Shown piece by piece: positions 1 to 50,899 of a stretch of 64,000 nt of DNA; the first letter of the stretch is position 1, and every line of letters begins with the position of its first letter. The notes beneath the pieces are model-generated. The model did no database searches. It saw nothing but the letters and a program-made list of their open reading frames with translations, and was not told the origin of the DNA. The translations under genes and the position numbers were made by a program. This DNA comes from Chrysomallon squamiferum (taxonomy: Eukaryota > Animalia > Mollusca), in the NCBI GenBank assembly GCA_012295275.1, contig CM022677.1:9052001-9116000 (forward strand), given 5' to 3'.

Positions 1-85
1 ACTAATCAACTGACTTTTTTGAAAATTCTAGAAATCTCAAGAAAGACAACTTTATAAACATGAGATAGATTTTTTAGCTACTCAC

Positions 86-943
86 CAGATTGAAGATTCA
101 TAAGTTTTTCTTGAAGACTGAAAATTTCATCTTTTGTTTGTTGTAAAGCTTTCTCCAACTTCTTTTTCCCTCTGTAAACAATCATTTTATGATTTATATT
201 AAAGGTAAATGTCAAGATAATATTCAGCTGGGTAAGCAATGCACATTTTTCTGTATAATAATTTCTAATAATTAAATGGCAAAAATCAATTACCGGGTCT
301 GCTTTTTTAATATAATATTATTTATGTAAGATTTGAAATGAATGCCTTTTTGAAAATCAGCACTCTATTCCATGTCAAATATTAAAAATGAAAAAACAGC
401 AACATGCAAAAACACACTTACCCACACACACACACATATACACAACATATATGTAATACACATATTATATGTACATATACACACATGTACACACATCACA
501 CTTAACTGTATACAGACATCTCTGTTTTCACACCACTGTAGTAGTAGTAGTAGTAGTAGTAATAATAATAATAATAATAATTGTATAATTCATTGTAAAT
601 TACAATACTTAAAGCAGTTATTCTAATTTGAATAATTTATTTATGTAAGACAGAATATCATTTTCTGTAACAATTTAAACAAGCTGCTCATTCAGTGTGA
701 ATGAAAATACATCAATATGCAATCATGCAAAGTAGTGGTATACAAACATGCATGCTCTATATGCAGTTGGTTATATAGCTATGTTGATAATGAGAGAATA
801 AAAATGGTCTACTGGTTTTCAAATAACAGCAAGGATTTTTTAATTATTCACAATTCTTTTTATGCTCAAGCCATTTTGATCTACGGTTTTTTTTATTTAG
901 TATGTTTTGCATGGTTTTAGTGGTATTTATGGGTAGTCAATGG

Positions 944-991
<48 letters not shown>

Positions 992-3749
992 TGATTTTTT
1001 CTACTGCTATTTATTCACTGAAAGTATGCACTGATGGAGAAGAATTAAATAAACATACAGTCAAAGAATATTTATTTATTTATTTTGAACATTTGTAAAA
1101 TTTTATATGTGCTAGAATAAATAAATTTTGGTGTTGGAATTTCAAAAATACACACTAATCTACTTTAAAAAAAGGTGTAATTTATAAAATATAAACAAAG
1201 AAAATGATAAAATTCATCATTGTATATATAAAAATTTGTGTTCAAAACTTTAAAAAAGAAATTAAATGGAAATTTATTGTGCTTTTAAAAAAAATGAAGT
1301 GCTGTAAACAGTTTTTATAAAATTTAAAATTTGTCTAAACTATGGACACTGAGTTGTGTAAGTAAGAAGACAAAAAAAATATAAAAAAATAAAAAAAATT
1401 TAAAATTAATATTCATGATGTATTTTTTCTTAGTAGAAATTAATTGTACTTTTAAAAGGAAAATAAAAAGATAAATTAATTAATTAATCTGCTTCAAGGT
1501 GATGATGATCTTAAATGAAATAGTTTTATTAATTCTGAAATTAGTCTGAAATATATTAATAATCAAGAATGAAAAATAAAAATAAAAATAAAAATAATAA
1601 CAATAATAATAATAATAATGATAATAATAACAACAACAGTAGTGGTAGTAGAAATAATAGTAATAGTAATAATAATAATAAAAATAGAAACATAATAATA
1701 ATAATAATAATAAAAAATAATAATAGCAATCATGACTGTAGTTGAAATAAAAAAGTAAATTAATAATAATAATAGTAGTAGTAGTAGTAATAGTAGAAAT
1801 AATTACAATAATAATAAAAATAATAACAATAATCACAATAATATAATAATAAATTATATTTTCCATATTAACAGCTTTGTAAGTAAGTTTACTTCTTGTA
1901 ATAAATTAAACTATGTGATACCTGTGTGTTTTTGTGTAATCTAGTTTGAATATATAATGTGATAATGTGCTTTTAATTAATTTATATAATCATAAATATA
2001 ATTTAAACTGTAATATGTTATAAATATATTTAAAAAAAGAAAAATGTAAAAGAAAGGTGATGGGTAAAGTTAGTGCATTCTTGTTTAAAAATATTTAATT
2101 TTCAAACATAACAGAGTTATGTGAGTGTGAATGAGACTTATGTGAGTGTGAATGATTCTGTCTTTATTATTTCCACAAACTTATTGTTCATATTTGATTC
2201 GATTAGCCTGTTGTTATTAACAACATTTATAACTACAAATTAACATTTGAAAACAGCCGATATTTCACCCTTTCACCTATGTCATCATCAACTGAAAGTT
2301 GTGTTATATTGTTTCTGCTAAAATAAATTTTTGCGAACATTTAGATGTGATAATGTCATAGAAAAACAGCAGCACTTAAAATTTTTATACTGTAAATTTT
2401 TTATTATAATTTCTTTATTAACTGAGACTGGATGAAATTGAAAAACGTAAATAAAACATAAGCTCAAAATATACAGGACATATTTAGGCAATCGCTTTAA
2501 AGGTGCTTTTTTAAAAATAGTATTTTTATTATTTTTGTTCTTCTTAACAGAAACTTTACAATATTTAATCAAATAAGATTATTTATTAATTTTATCCTTA
2601 TAATGATAAATAATGTCCATATGGTTTTTTTTTGGTTTTTTGGTTTTTATTTATTTATATATTGTTTTTAAATTAAGTTTTAATGATTTTCTTGTAATGT
2701 TTATCTTTATTATTTATAGTTATAATTATAATTATTATTATTCTTATTATTTTTTTTATGGTCATAATACTGACTACGTTTTCTTTTTTTTCCGGTTTAT
2801 AGGTTTTTTTTTAAATTATAAATATCTGAAAAGAAAATGAGGTAATCTTGCAGCTTAAACAATATTTTGTTATTTTGCTGCTTGTATAAATATAAATATC
2901 ATTAATAAATACCTTATCAACCACTTTAGCTTATGTTATTGCAGTAGTAATGAAAAATAAAATAAATAAATAAATAAATATTAAATCTTTCAGTAAAATG
3001 TATGCTGAAAAAATTATATCAAAATATTATTATAATTATTTATGTTTTAATTTAGTTACCTTTTCGTTTATTATAAATAATTTTCTATTATAATTTTAAA
3101 AAAATGACATCAAACTTAAAACAAGAATGCACGTCATAGATAAAGAAGGACAATAGGTTTCTGTTTCCATGGCAATGTAATAAATTACCATGGCAACTAC
3201 TTACTTGAATGCTAAATCCTCTGAGGCTCTAAACAGATTTAATATTAAATAAAACATAAAACAATATTTATTCTGTACCATCTATGTTATGGTTAGAAAA
3301 TTAAAAATGTCTTTCTTATTATTTTTTATTATTTAATCCTTAGATACATTGCTAGATAGATTTTCTTAAAGACAGGTTAGAAAAATTATAGAGAGACAGA
3401 TAAAGAGAAAGTTGGATAGATGGACTGATGAAAGGGGGGGGATATAGATAGACAGCAGACAGACAGACAGTCCTGACAGAGATGGAGGGATGGAATGGCA
3501 TAGAAAAAGAAGAGTTGGATAGACAGAATTAGAGAACAACAGATTAACAAGATCGCTAGATAGGTAGCTAGAAAGATGGCTGACAGTAATAAAATGTAGA
3601 AGGTGTGTAGCATTAAAAAGGTTACTGATGAAAAAAAAACCTTTGAAAAAATATTACATTTAAAAAAAGGAGGACAAACAAAAAAAAAATACAAAAAAAT
3701 GACAATCTAATCATTTACCAGTTTTGAGTGTTTCTGTATTATCATAATT

Positions 3750-3794
<45 letters not shown>

Positions 3795-3841
3795 TTAGTA
3801 ATAACTACAATAACTAATATTAACAATAACAATAACATACA

Positions 3842-3904
<63 letters not shown>

Positions 3905-5638
3905 ACTAACTTGCTTGATGCTTTTTTCTCTGCATACTGAGCCAGATAGTCTACAATTTCACGGTTCAGTTCACCCAGTCTTCGAGTCAAGCTATGTGCC
4001 AGGTCAAGTGAATCTTCAATGGAGTCTTGAACATCATCAAGGTCAAGGTCAGGTGTTTTAGAAAACCAGTCATCCTCTTCAAATGACTTTGAGTTTTCCA
4101 TGAAAAACTGTAACAATAGTGTGGATACAAATTATATATATGGTTAGAAATGGTAATGAATATGAAGATGACAGTAATGATTTCTGTATTGGCATTTTCA
4201 TTTAAGATAATTGTAATGTTCTCCATAGTAGGCTAATATAAAATAAAATTATATCAAAGACTGCTATAAGATGAGTGTCTTTTTTTTAAATGATTGCTAA
4301 TTTAAAATTACTGGACAACAGAATAACTGACACACACAAATATATACACACATTTACTATCACTCTCACAGACACACATACACACATTAACACACTTAAT
4401 ACACACATTCTCACACAAACACCAACACACTCAAATATAGACACATTCAGAAAAAAGACACATCCTCTCATCTACACACACACAGACAAGCACACACAAT
4501 CAGCCACAATAACACCCACAGACACCTCAAACTGCTACTGCCAATACAGTACAATTTTAAATTTCTACCTCGTTAACTTGTTTGAGAAGATTGAGTCTCT
4601 GTCCACATACATCTTGAAAACCGACCACAAATATAGTCACTTGTTGTTGATACTGAAATACACACAAATGTTAAAAATTACACAAATATAGTCACTTGTT
4701 GTTGATACTGAAATACACACAAATGTTAAAAATTACACAAATATAGTAACTTGTTGTTGATACTGAAATACACACAAACATTAAAAATTACACAAATATA
4801 GAACTTGTTGTTGATACTAAATACACACAAATGTTAAAAATTACACAAATATAGTCACTTGTTGTTGATACTGAATTACATACAAACGTTAAAAATTACA
4901 CAAAATACTTCTTTAGAAAGCTGATTATACAAATAAAATAGTAGACTTTTAACTTTTACAGCACTGTAATTAGTTAATGAGACAAAATATGAGTATGTGA
5001 GTGTGTGGTTGTGTGTCACTATGTTATTCAAAGTGTATATATATTGTGTGTGTGTGTGTGTGTGTGTTTGTTTGTTTGTGTGTGTGTGTGTGAAAGAGTG
5101 TGTGTTATGTGTGTTTATCAATGTCTGTTCATGTTGTTTATATATGTTCATGTGTGTGTCATTGTGTGTGACTGTTTTTCAAATTACCCATGTGTGCTTA
5201 TGTGTATATGTGTGTGTGTGTGTGTGTGGAGATGTCAGTGAGAGTTTATGTGTGTGAGGAGGTATGAGTGTATTTCTCTGTGTGTGTGTGTGTTGTTGTT
5301 GTATGTGTGTGTGATTTCATGCTTACCTTTCTCTTCTTCACCTGATCTTTAAGAATTTCAGCCAATTCATTCTGTAAAAAAAGAAAAGTTTTAAAAATAA
5401 AAGAAATAAAATATAACAAAGAGAAAAAAGAAAACAAAAACAACAACAACAACAACAAATCAACAGTTAATCCAATGTTATTAGACAAATTAAGAGAGAA
5501 TTCTATTACATAATCTTTTTAACTGTAAATAAGTATACACTTGTAATTTTGGTATTGAAAATATTAAAACTCATCAATTATTTCTTAATTTTTGCTTATT
5601 TAAAAATGGTTGGAGCATTGCATTGCACTTTTGCATGT

Positions 5639-5695
<57 letters not shown>

Positions 5696-5962
5696 TTAAT
5701 GTGGACTTTAACAGTTCTTAAAGGTGTGTAATTTTTTACATGATTAATTCAAATACTTGCCAGATCGTTCACATATTCTAGATTGGAGGAGCCATAGGGG
5801 TCAGCACTCATTTCATAGGAGCCAATAACCTAAAAAAAATAGTGGGTAAAATAAAGCATGTAGAAAATATGAATATTTCTAATTTTACAAGTGATTATGC
5901 ATGTGTTCTTCTAAGTACAACTTAGATTTAGTAAATTATTATTTAGCTGATATATGCACATT

Positions 5963-6043
<81 letters not shown>

Positions 6044-6478
6044 AACCAAATAAGTAAATGTTCTCTTTTTAAAAATTAAAAAGAATTAAAATAAAATATT
6101 TTAATTACTGATAATATAGAAGATTAAACTTATTATAAACTGTTTCAGTGGTTTTAGCCACAATCATGGCTTCCATCAATACTGCAGAGCACCACTCTTA
6201 ACAACAAACCAGATCAAACTAAAGATTCAAATAACATCAGAACTAAAAATCAACTAACTTTGCTCCATATTCTTTTTCAAAGACAGATTTCAAGTAAGGA
6301 CAATAAAATCAAAAACATCTGTACTAACATTATCAACTCTTCCCAGAACTTTCTCCAGTTCCTGTTTTGTGTCGTCTGCCACTCTCTGTGCCAGTGATCT
6401 GGCATTCCGGTCAATGACGGCCTGAGCTGGACCGTCACCTCGGTCCAGCAGGGACATCGGGCTAACATACATAGACAT
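86..6478 (-). CDS. Multi-exon coiled-coil protein, 5' part (continues off the left edge); weak resemblance to the FAM186A/B N-terminus
   Basis: Phase-compatible exons 6478-6329, 5829-5761 (GC donor), 5371-5327, 4652-4569, 4107-3911, [3228-3205 optional], 171-86 splice to one open frame: MSMYVSPMSLLDRGDGPAQAVIDRNARSLAQRVADDTKQELEKVLGRVDN/VIGSYEMSADPYGSSNLEYVNDL/NELAEILKDQVKKRK/YQQQVTIFVVGFQDVCGQRLNLLKQVNE/FFMENSKSFEEDDWF...YAEKKASSK/GKKKLEKALQQTKDEIFSLQEKLMNLQS. The gene structure is well supported. The FAM186 likeness is from recalled similarity only and is low confidence. Confidence 0.85.
3205..3228 (-). CDS. 24-nt symmetric (phase 2-2) microexon of the coiled-coil gene, adds ASEDLAFK
   Basis: Minus strand reads tctgtttag|AGCCTCAGAGGATTTAGCATTCAA|gtaagt: consensus donor, frame preserved, no stop. 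Confidence 0.7.
4626..4903. repeat. 55-bp tandem repeat, 5 copies, spanning a splice acceptor of the coiled-coil gene
   Basis: Unit cacaaatatagtcacttgttgttgatactgaaatacacacaaatgttaaaaatta starts at 4626, 4681, 4736, 4791 and ~4844. Confidence 0.95.
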
Positions 6479-6590
6479 GTCAGCTCGGGCTAAATATGTA
6501 AACATATGTTAACTTTATGTACACAGACACAGAGAAAACAAATAAACAAATGAAAAATGTGTGTGAGGAGGTATGAGTGTAGATGTGTGT

Positions 6591-6642
<52 letters not shown>

Positions 6643-6952
6643 GAAGAAAGAAGGCAAGCAAAGAAGAATTAAAGAATCAAAAAAGGAATTATGACAGAAA
6701 CTCTCAGATAATAGAAAGGCTGAAAGAAGAAAGAAAGAAAGGACTTAAAGTTATAAGGAATATATATTATGGATGTGACATATAGTAACCTTTATCTTTT
6801 CAAATGGATTATGCAAAATACTATATATATACACACACAAACAGCAGAAAGCCATAGCCACAGATTAACCAATATTTTGAAAAAACAAAAATTGTATATA
6901 CAAATTTTATTGCAAGAATACTATAGTCAGTATTGATTTTAGCACTTATTTG

Positions 6953-7005
<53 letters not shown>

Positions 7006-7619
7006 ACACACACACACACACACCGACGATCATATACAACTTAACCTCACTTTCCCTATCGGTAATACAAAAACGTAAACTGTTCTTGAAGCAATAATAT
7101 TTTTAATAATCATATTTAAATATACCCCAGATATTTAATAGATAATTTTTGAACAGATCGCCATTTATTTATCAACACTTTCCCTTACAAGTTAAACGTT
7201 ATTCAAGCCAATCAAACCTCTAATAATCAAACAAGGTTTCTATGGTATTTAATTTAGTACTGTAAAATGGTGACGTAACTAATGCATCTGAAATCAGAAT
7301 AGTGGTATTATTTTAACTCACCCTAAAAATAACTCAATTAGTTGTTTTATCATAATTTTGTACACATTGTTGTCATTATTTTTTTAATAAACGCGAACCT
7401 GGCACATTGTACTACTTTCTAAAATAAACTTTAATATTATACCTAATTTCACATTAAATCAAATCATCGTACAATATATTTCATATTCTAACTTTACGTT
7501 TTGATTTACATAATTATTACAAAAAGATTTTTAATATTTTATTGTGTTCTAAACCTTCAGTGAACAATTGAAAACAAATTAGGTTGTATAGAATACTAAT
7601 TTTAAATATTAGAGCAAGT

Positions 7620-7700
7620 TTGATCACGTGATACTGTTGCTATACAACGGGCGTTCGGAGATCGCTCACGTTCGGAACAATACGGTGAAATCCGTAAAGA
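7620..7700. promoter_or_regulatory. Probable promoter of the coiled-coil gene: palindromic E-box and X-box-like motif in a CpG-containing patch
   Basis: ATCACGTGAT at 7623-7632 and GTTGCTATACAAC at 7636-7648; local CpG enrichment; a minus-strand GTGAGT donor at 7321-7316 suggests a non-coding first exon. Confidence 0.45.
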
Positions 7701-8025
7701 CAATTATAATTTGTCGCTTTTTATTTTAACTAATAAAAGAGGCAGAATAAAACTAATATTTATTGATAGTTACAAGAGTAGCATTTCGTTATAAGTGGGG
7801 AAAATATCTGCATCGTACCCAGTTTTGAAATATTATAAATAATTTTATTTTATTTGAGGGTTTTTTATTTAGTAAATACGTGATCATTTTGCATTGAAAT
7901 TTACCCTAAGATTTACAATTACTTTAAACAGAATTCTTTTATTTTCTTGTTCAGAAGTCCTTGTATTTCTTTTTTAATATGTAGATGATGAAAAAAAAAA
8001 AAAAAAAAAAAAAATTTTAATTAAT

Positions 8026-8031
8026 TTTATT
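8026..8031 (-). terminator. Candidate polyadenylation signal of CCDC174
   Basis: AATAAA on the minus strand about 170 nt after the stop, followed by a long T run (A run at 7991-8013 on plus). AATAAA is common in such AT-rich DNA. Confidence 0.35.
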
Positions 8032-8201
8032 TCAGTTAACTTTTACAAGATGAACAATGTGTATGCGTGTAAGCCAGATTATCAGAGTGATACTGAGTCA
8101 GACATGTACATATTCATGCATGATTTCTCTAAATTAGATAAAATATTTAAGCAAACCTCAGTTTATTTACTTATTTATTCATTTTAATTATAAAATTTAA
8201 A

Positions 8202-15748
<7,547 letters not shown>

Positions 15749-15904
15749 TCTTTAAACGAAACGAACGACATTTACCGAAATATTATTTATCTGCGTAAAG
15801 AGTAATTTTCAAAATTTAGAGTAATCTGCTCCTAATTTATAATGAATGACTGGTATATTTCCGAGTGAAATAGAACATAAACTAGACTGTGCATTTGTTA
15901 TTAC

Positions 15905-15952
15905 TTCATTGGGCCGCCATAACCAGTCAGTTTTGACTTCCTGAGATGGCAA
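15905..15952. promoter_or_regulatory. Probable CCDC174 promoter with YY1-like and ETS-like motifs
   Basis: GCCGCCAT, ACTTCCTG and AGATGGC are clustered about 160-200 nt upstream of the ATG at 15748. Confidence 0.4.
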
Positions 15953-17104
15953 AAACAATTACACATCAAAGTTCGTCAAGTTTACAAATCCAGATATTTA
16001 GTTAGCATTATAACATTTTATGCAAATCTATTTAGAATAAATAATATAATAATATAATAATAGTATGCTGAGTTCTTTCTGCAATCATTGACTTAAATAG
16101 AAATGAAATAATAATAAAGAGTTATTTTAATTAATCAAAATAACATCAATAAAAAAAAAAAATAAAAAAAAATATCTAAATAAAGAAAAGAAAAATAAAA
16201 CAATAAAAGAAAAAGAAAACAGTAAAAGATTAATAATAATAATAATAATAATAATAACTGTATTAAGAATTAAATAACAAATGATAAAACATTATACAGA
16301 TGAACAGTTTGTTAATGTTTTTGACCATTTCGTGTCTTAATTATTATTACTAGAGAAATTACATCTGTTTTCTAGTGTAGTTAGATGATCTATTTTGCAG
16401 ACAATTTTGGATTGCTGTCTCTTTTCGATGGAATACAACTGAGATCAAGCAGCTGAAATTATTAATTTATGTTTCCAGTGTATTTATTATTATTATTATT
16501 AGAACTAAAAGAACACACTGAATTTGTATCCTGTTTTTCATTCCTACAGTTTATTTATGTATCTGCCAAAAAGACACGATATCCCCCAGTTCACTTTTCA
16601 GTTTTAAACAATATTTATTTTGGAGTGGAAATGTAGTATTTTTCTCTATCCTTCAACAAACCATTACTGCATCAGTTATTATAACATGTGTGAGACAGAT
16701 TGTGACAAACATTTATAACGTTATCTAAGCTGTAAAATTACGCTAGGTTAGTTAATTTTTATGCTGTTCTTTTTTTTTTTTTTTTATATTTTAAAACAAA
16801 ATTTCTTTACGATAAGAATATACATTTTTTACAAGATTTTTTTTCTCTCAGTTGGTATCTTCCTCTCACTCTGTGTCGTCTGTCAAAACTGACTTCTCCG
16901 CACAAACAACTTCAGTCAAAATCGAGACTGCAGACGAAAACATTTTCAGGTGATAAACGTTTCATTTCTTAAGACAAAGGTAAGAACATTTACTATTATT
17001 GTTGTTGTTGGTGGTGGTGTTTTACGTAGATATTTTAAAATAAAACTTCATATTTTTGGTATATATTTCTGTAAATAATTGTATGGGTTTCACGCACTGG
17101 GTAG

Positions 17105-17225
17105 AGCGGAGGGTGTGGCTCAGTGGTTAGAGGAGAGTGGTGTCTGGCTAAGAGCTGTAGCCTTTTTCTTTCTCAAAGTCAATTCCGCGATTATTTTATC
17201 AAAGGACGTGGTGTAATGGTTATCG
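17105..17225 (+). mobile_element. Possible degenerate tRNA-derived SINE head(s)
   Basis: Pol III A-box-like TGGCTCAGTGG (17116-17126) and TGGTGTAATGG (17209-17219); no recognisable B-box or cloverleaf. Confidence 0.3.
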
Positions 17226-17423
17226 AGAAAAGGTACCCGTCCTATGCCGTCAAAAGATTTCTTTTCTTCCATTGTCTCTAACGTCTTAAACTATACGAAC
17301 TCAATTTACAAAGCTGTGGCTTTAAAATGTGTTGAATTCGATGTAAAATATTTTGTCCTTCTCTTTCAGCAGCAATGTCATGTGTTTGCTATGAAAGTTT
17401 TGAAACGTAATACATATTATATA

Positions 17424-18172
17424 TAATACACAGACTTACATTACCACTGTCTGCATAATACACACTTACCATACTACTGTCTTTATATAATACACTTACA
17501 TTATCACTGTTTTTATATAATATAGACATTTACATTACCACTATCTTTATATAATATACATTTACATTAACACTGTCTTTATATAATACACATTTACATT
17601 ATCACTGTCTTTATATAATATAAACATTTACATGACAACTGTCTTTATATAATGACACATTTACATTACCACTTTCTTTATATAATACAAACACTTATAT
17701 TACCACTGTTTTTAATAATACACACTTACATTATCACTGTCTTTATATAATACAAACTTACATTATCACTGTCTTTATATAATAAACACACGCTTACGTG
17801 ACCAATCTCTTTATATAAAACACACATTTATATTTCCACTGTCTTTAAATAATACGTACATTTACATTACCACTGTCTTTATATAATACACACACTCACA
17901 TTATCGCTGTCTTTATATAATACACACTCACATTATCACTTTCTTTATATAATACACAAACTCGCATTAACACTGTCTTTATATAATACAACACTCACAT
18001 TATCGCTTCATATAATACACTTACATTATCACTTTCTTTATATAATATACACATTTACATTAACACTGTCTTTATATAATACAACACTCACATTATCGCT
18101 TCATATAATTCACACATTAACACTGTCTGTATATAATATACACATTTACATTACCACGTTCTTTATATAATA
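17424..18172. repeat. ~30-bp minisatellite, about 25 diverged copies
   Basis: Recurring unit tataatacacatttacattaccactgtctt(ta). Confidence 0.95.
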
Positions 18173-18766
18173 TACCACTCTATAGATAGATAGATAGCGA
18201 GACAGATTATAGACTGACCCATACACACATTAATTCTTTCTCATACGCAAATTCGGATACGTGTATGAAGAAACTGAAACACAAACATACACAGATTCGT
18301 TTACAAATAATTCGTATCTCACCCTAGACTAATATGAATGCCGAAAAATATGCAATAACAGATGAAAGCTGTAAATAAACACGTTAAATAACAATGAAGA
18401 ATAAGTATGATAATTATAATAAATATTACAATATTTACTTTTACTCTAAACCTATAAACACTGTTATGCGATAAATACTAATTCTGATAAATTTTAAATA
18501 AATAAAATATTATTCTACAGAATGAGGCAGTTATGGAAATATAAACAAAAAGAGATTTTCTGGTTATATTTCCACAAATATAACATTTTTATTTTACTTA
18601 CACCACTAGTTTACTTGATAAAACATTCTGCCTGCCAGTATATCCTCTGTGATGTTGCTGTGAGACATTTTCATTTCACCCGAAACGTATTAGTAAACAA
18701 CTATTTATTTATTTATTTATTTGCTCATTTATTTATCATCATCGCCATCGTCTTATATCATCATCA

Positions 18767-18813
<47 letters not shown>

Positions 18814-18951
18814 TGTTGTTGTTGAAAATATTTTTTCTCTTTAAAACTGATATAATCACTTTCCTTCTAATAACAATAAATTAATAAAATTATATAAAAT
18901 AAAATATAAATAAACAAATAAATAAAAAAAGTTGATAATTAAATCAATACG

Positions 18952-18993
<42 letters not shown>

Positions 18994-19133
18994 ATTTCTG
19001 GTAAAGGTACAGCATTGTTTATTCATAAATCAATATTTTAAACACAGACCTATTTTATTATGCGAAAACATGATATAAAAGGCTAACACCCGCAAATGAT
19101 AATGAGGCAAAATAAAAGTGTGGAGTGAGACCT

Positions 19134-19147
19134 GTAAACATGGCAAC
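19134..19147. promoter_or_regulatory. RFX X-box-like motif upstream of the WDR49-like gene
   Basis: GTAAACATGGCAAC in a GC-richer patch. It is followed by a donor-like AAG|GTAAAT at 19279/19280 and acceptors at 19693 and 19737 before the ATG. Confidence 0.5.
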
Positions 19148-19746
19148 GGGGTCCATTTACAAATGGCGGGCACCTGTGGACAGCAAATGATAAGAAGGGA
19201 ACTGGACAGCATAGGTTTTATTATTTGATGATTTGTTATGATAATGTTAAAAATTATAATTTAATTATTATAGTTCAAGGTAAATTAATACCGACGAAAG
19301 GTGGCGTTTCGTTTTATTTATAATACGGAGTCTATGGAATCATTTTCAACTTATCAAACATCATTATACGCTATATACCATAGATGTTACATGTATTTAA
19401 TTACAAACCACAGCTTAACAATGTTCTGAGTAATATCATATGGATTGCAAGTGAAGAAATACACCATAAACCATAGAATAAAAAAAATGAATCAAATGAG
19501 TGAAGAAAAATTATAATAATAATTTATAAGTTATAATATATTAATTAATTATGTGTTATTTTTGTTATACTATTCACCTTCAAGGGCGAGTTAGTGTATA
19601 AATCATACAAAAATCTTAGGTGTGAAATTATTATTTTTTTAATATTTGTATTGTTTTATTTTTTAATATTATTTATTGTCTGTTTTATTTCAGGAAGTTG
19701 TAATGAAACGTGTATATTAATATTCTACTGTTGACAGATTTTAATC

Positions 19747-50875
<31,129 letters not shown>

Positions 50876-50899
50876 ACACGTGAATTAGTGTCACGTTTA

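Noticed and set aside
2276-2290. 15-nt minus-strand exon-like segment (tttcag|TTGATGATGACATAG|gtgaaa)
   Set aside because: It gives an immediate in-frame stop in phase 2.
3719-3733. 15-nt minus-strand exon-like segment (tacag|AAACACTCAAAACTG|gtaaat)
   Set aside because: In the required phase 2 it creates TGA at the downstream junction, and the acceptor context is weak. At most it is a poison exon.
17105-17225. Functional tRNA genes
   Set aside because: Only A-box/D-arm-like sequence is present, with no GTTCRA T-loop or acceptor-stem pairing.
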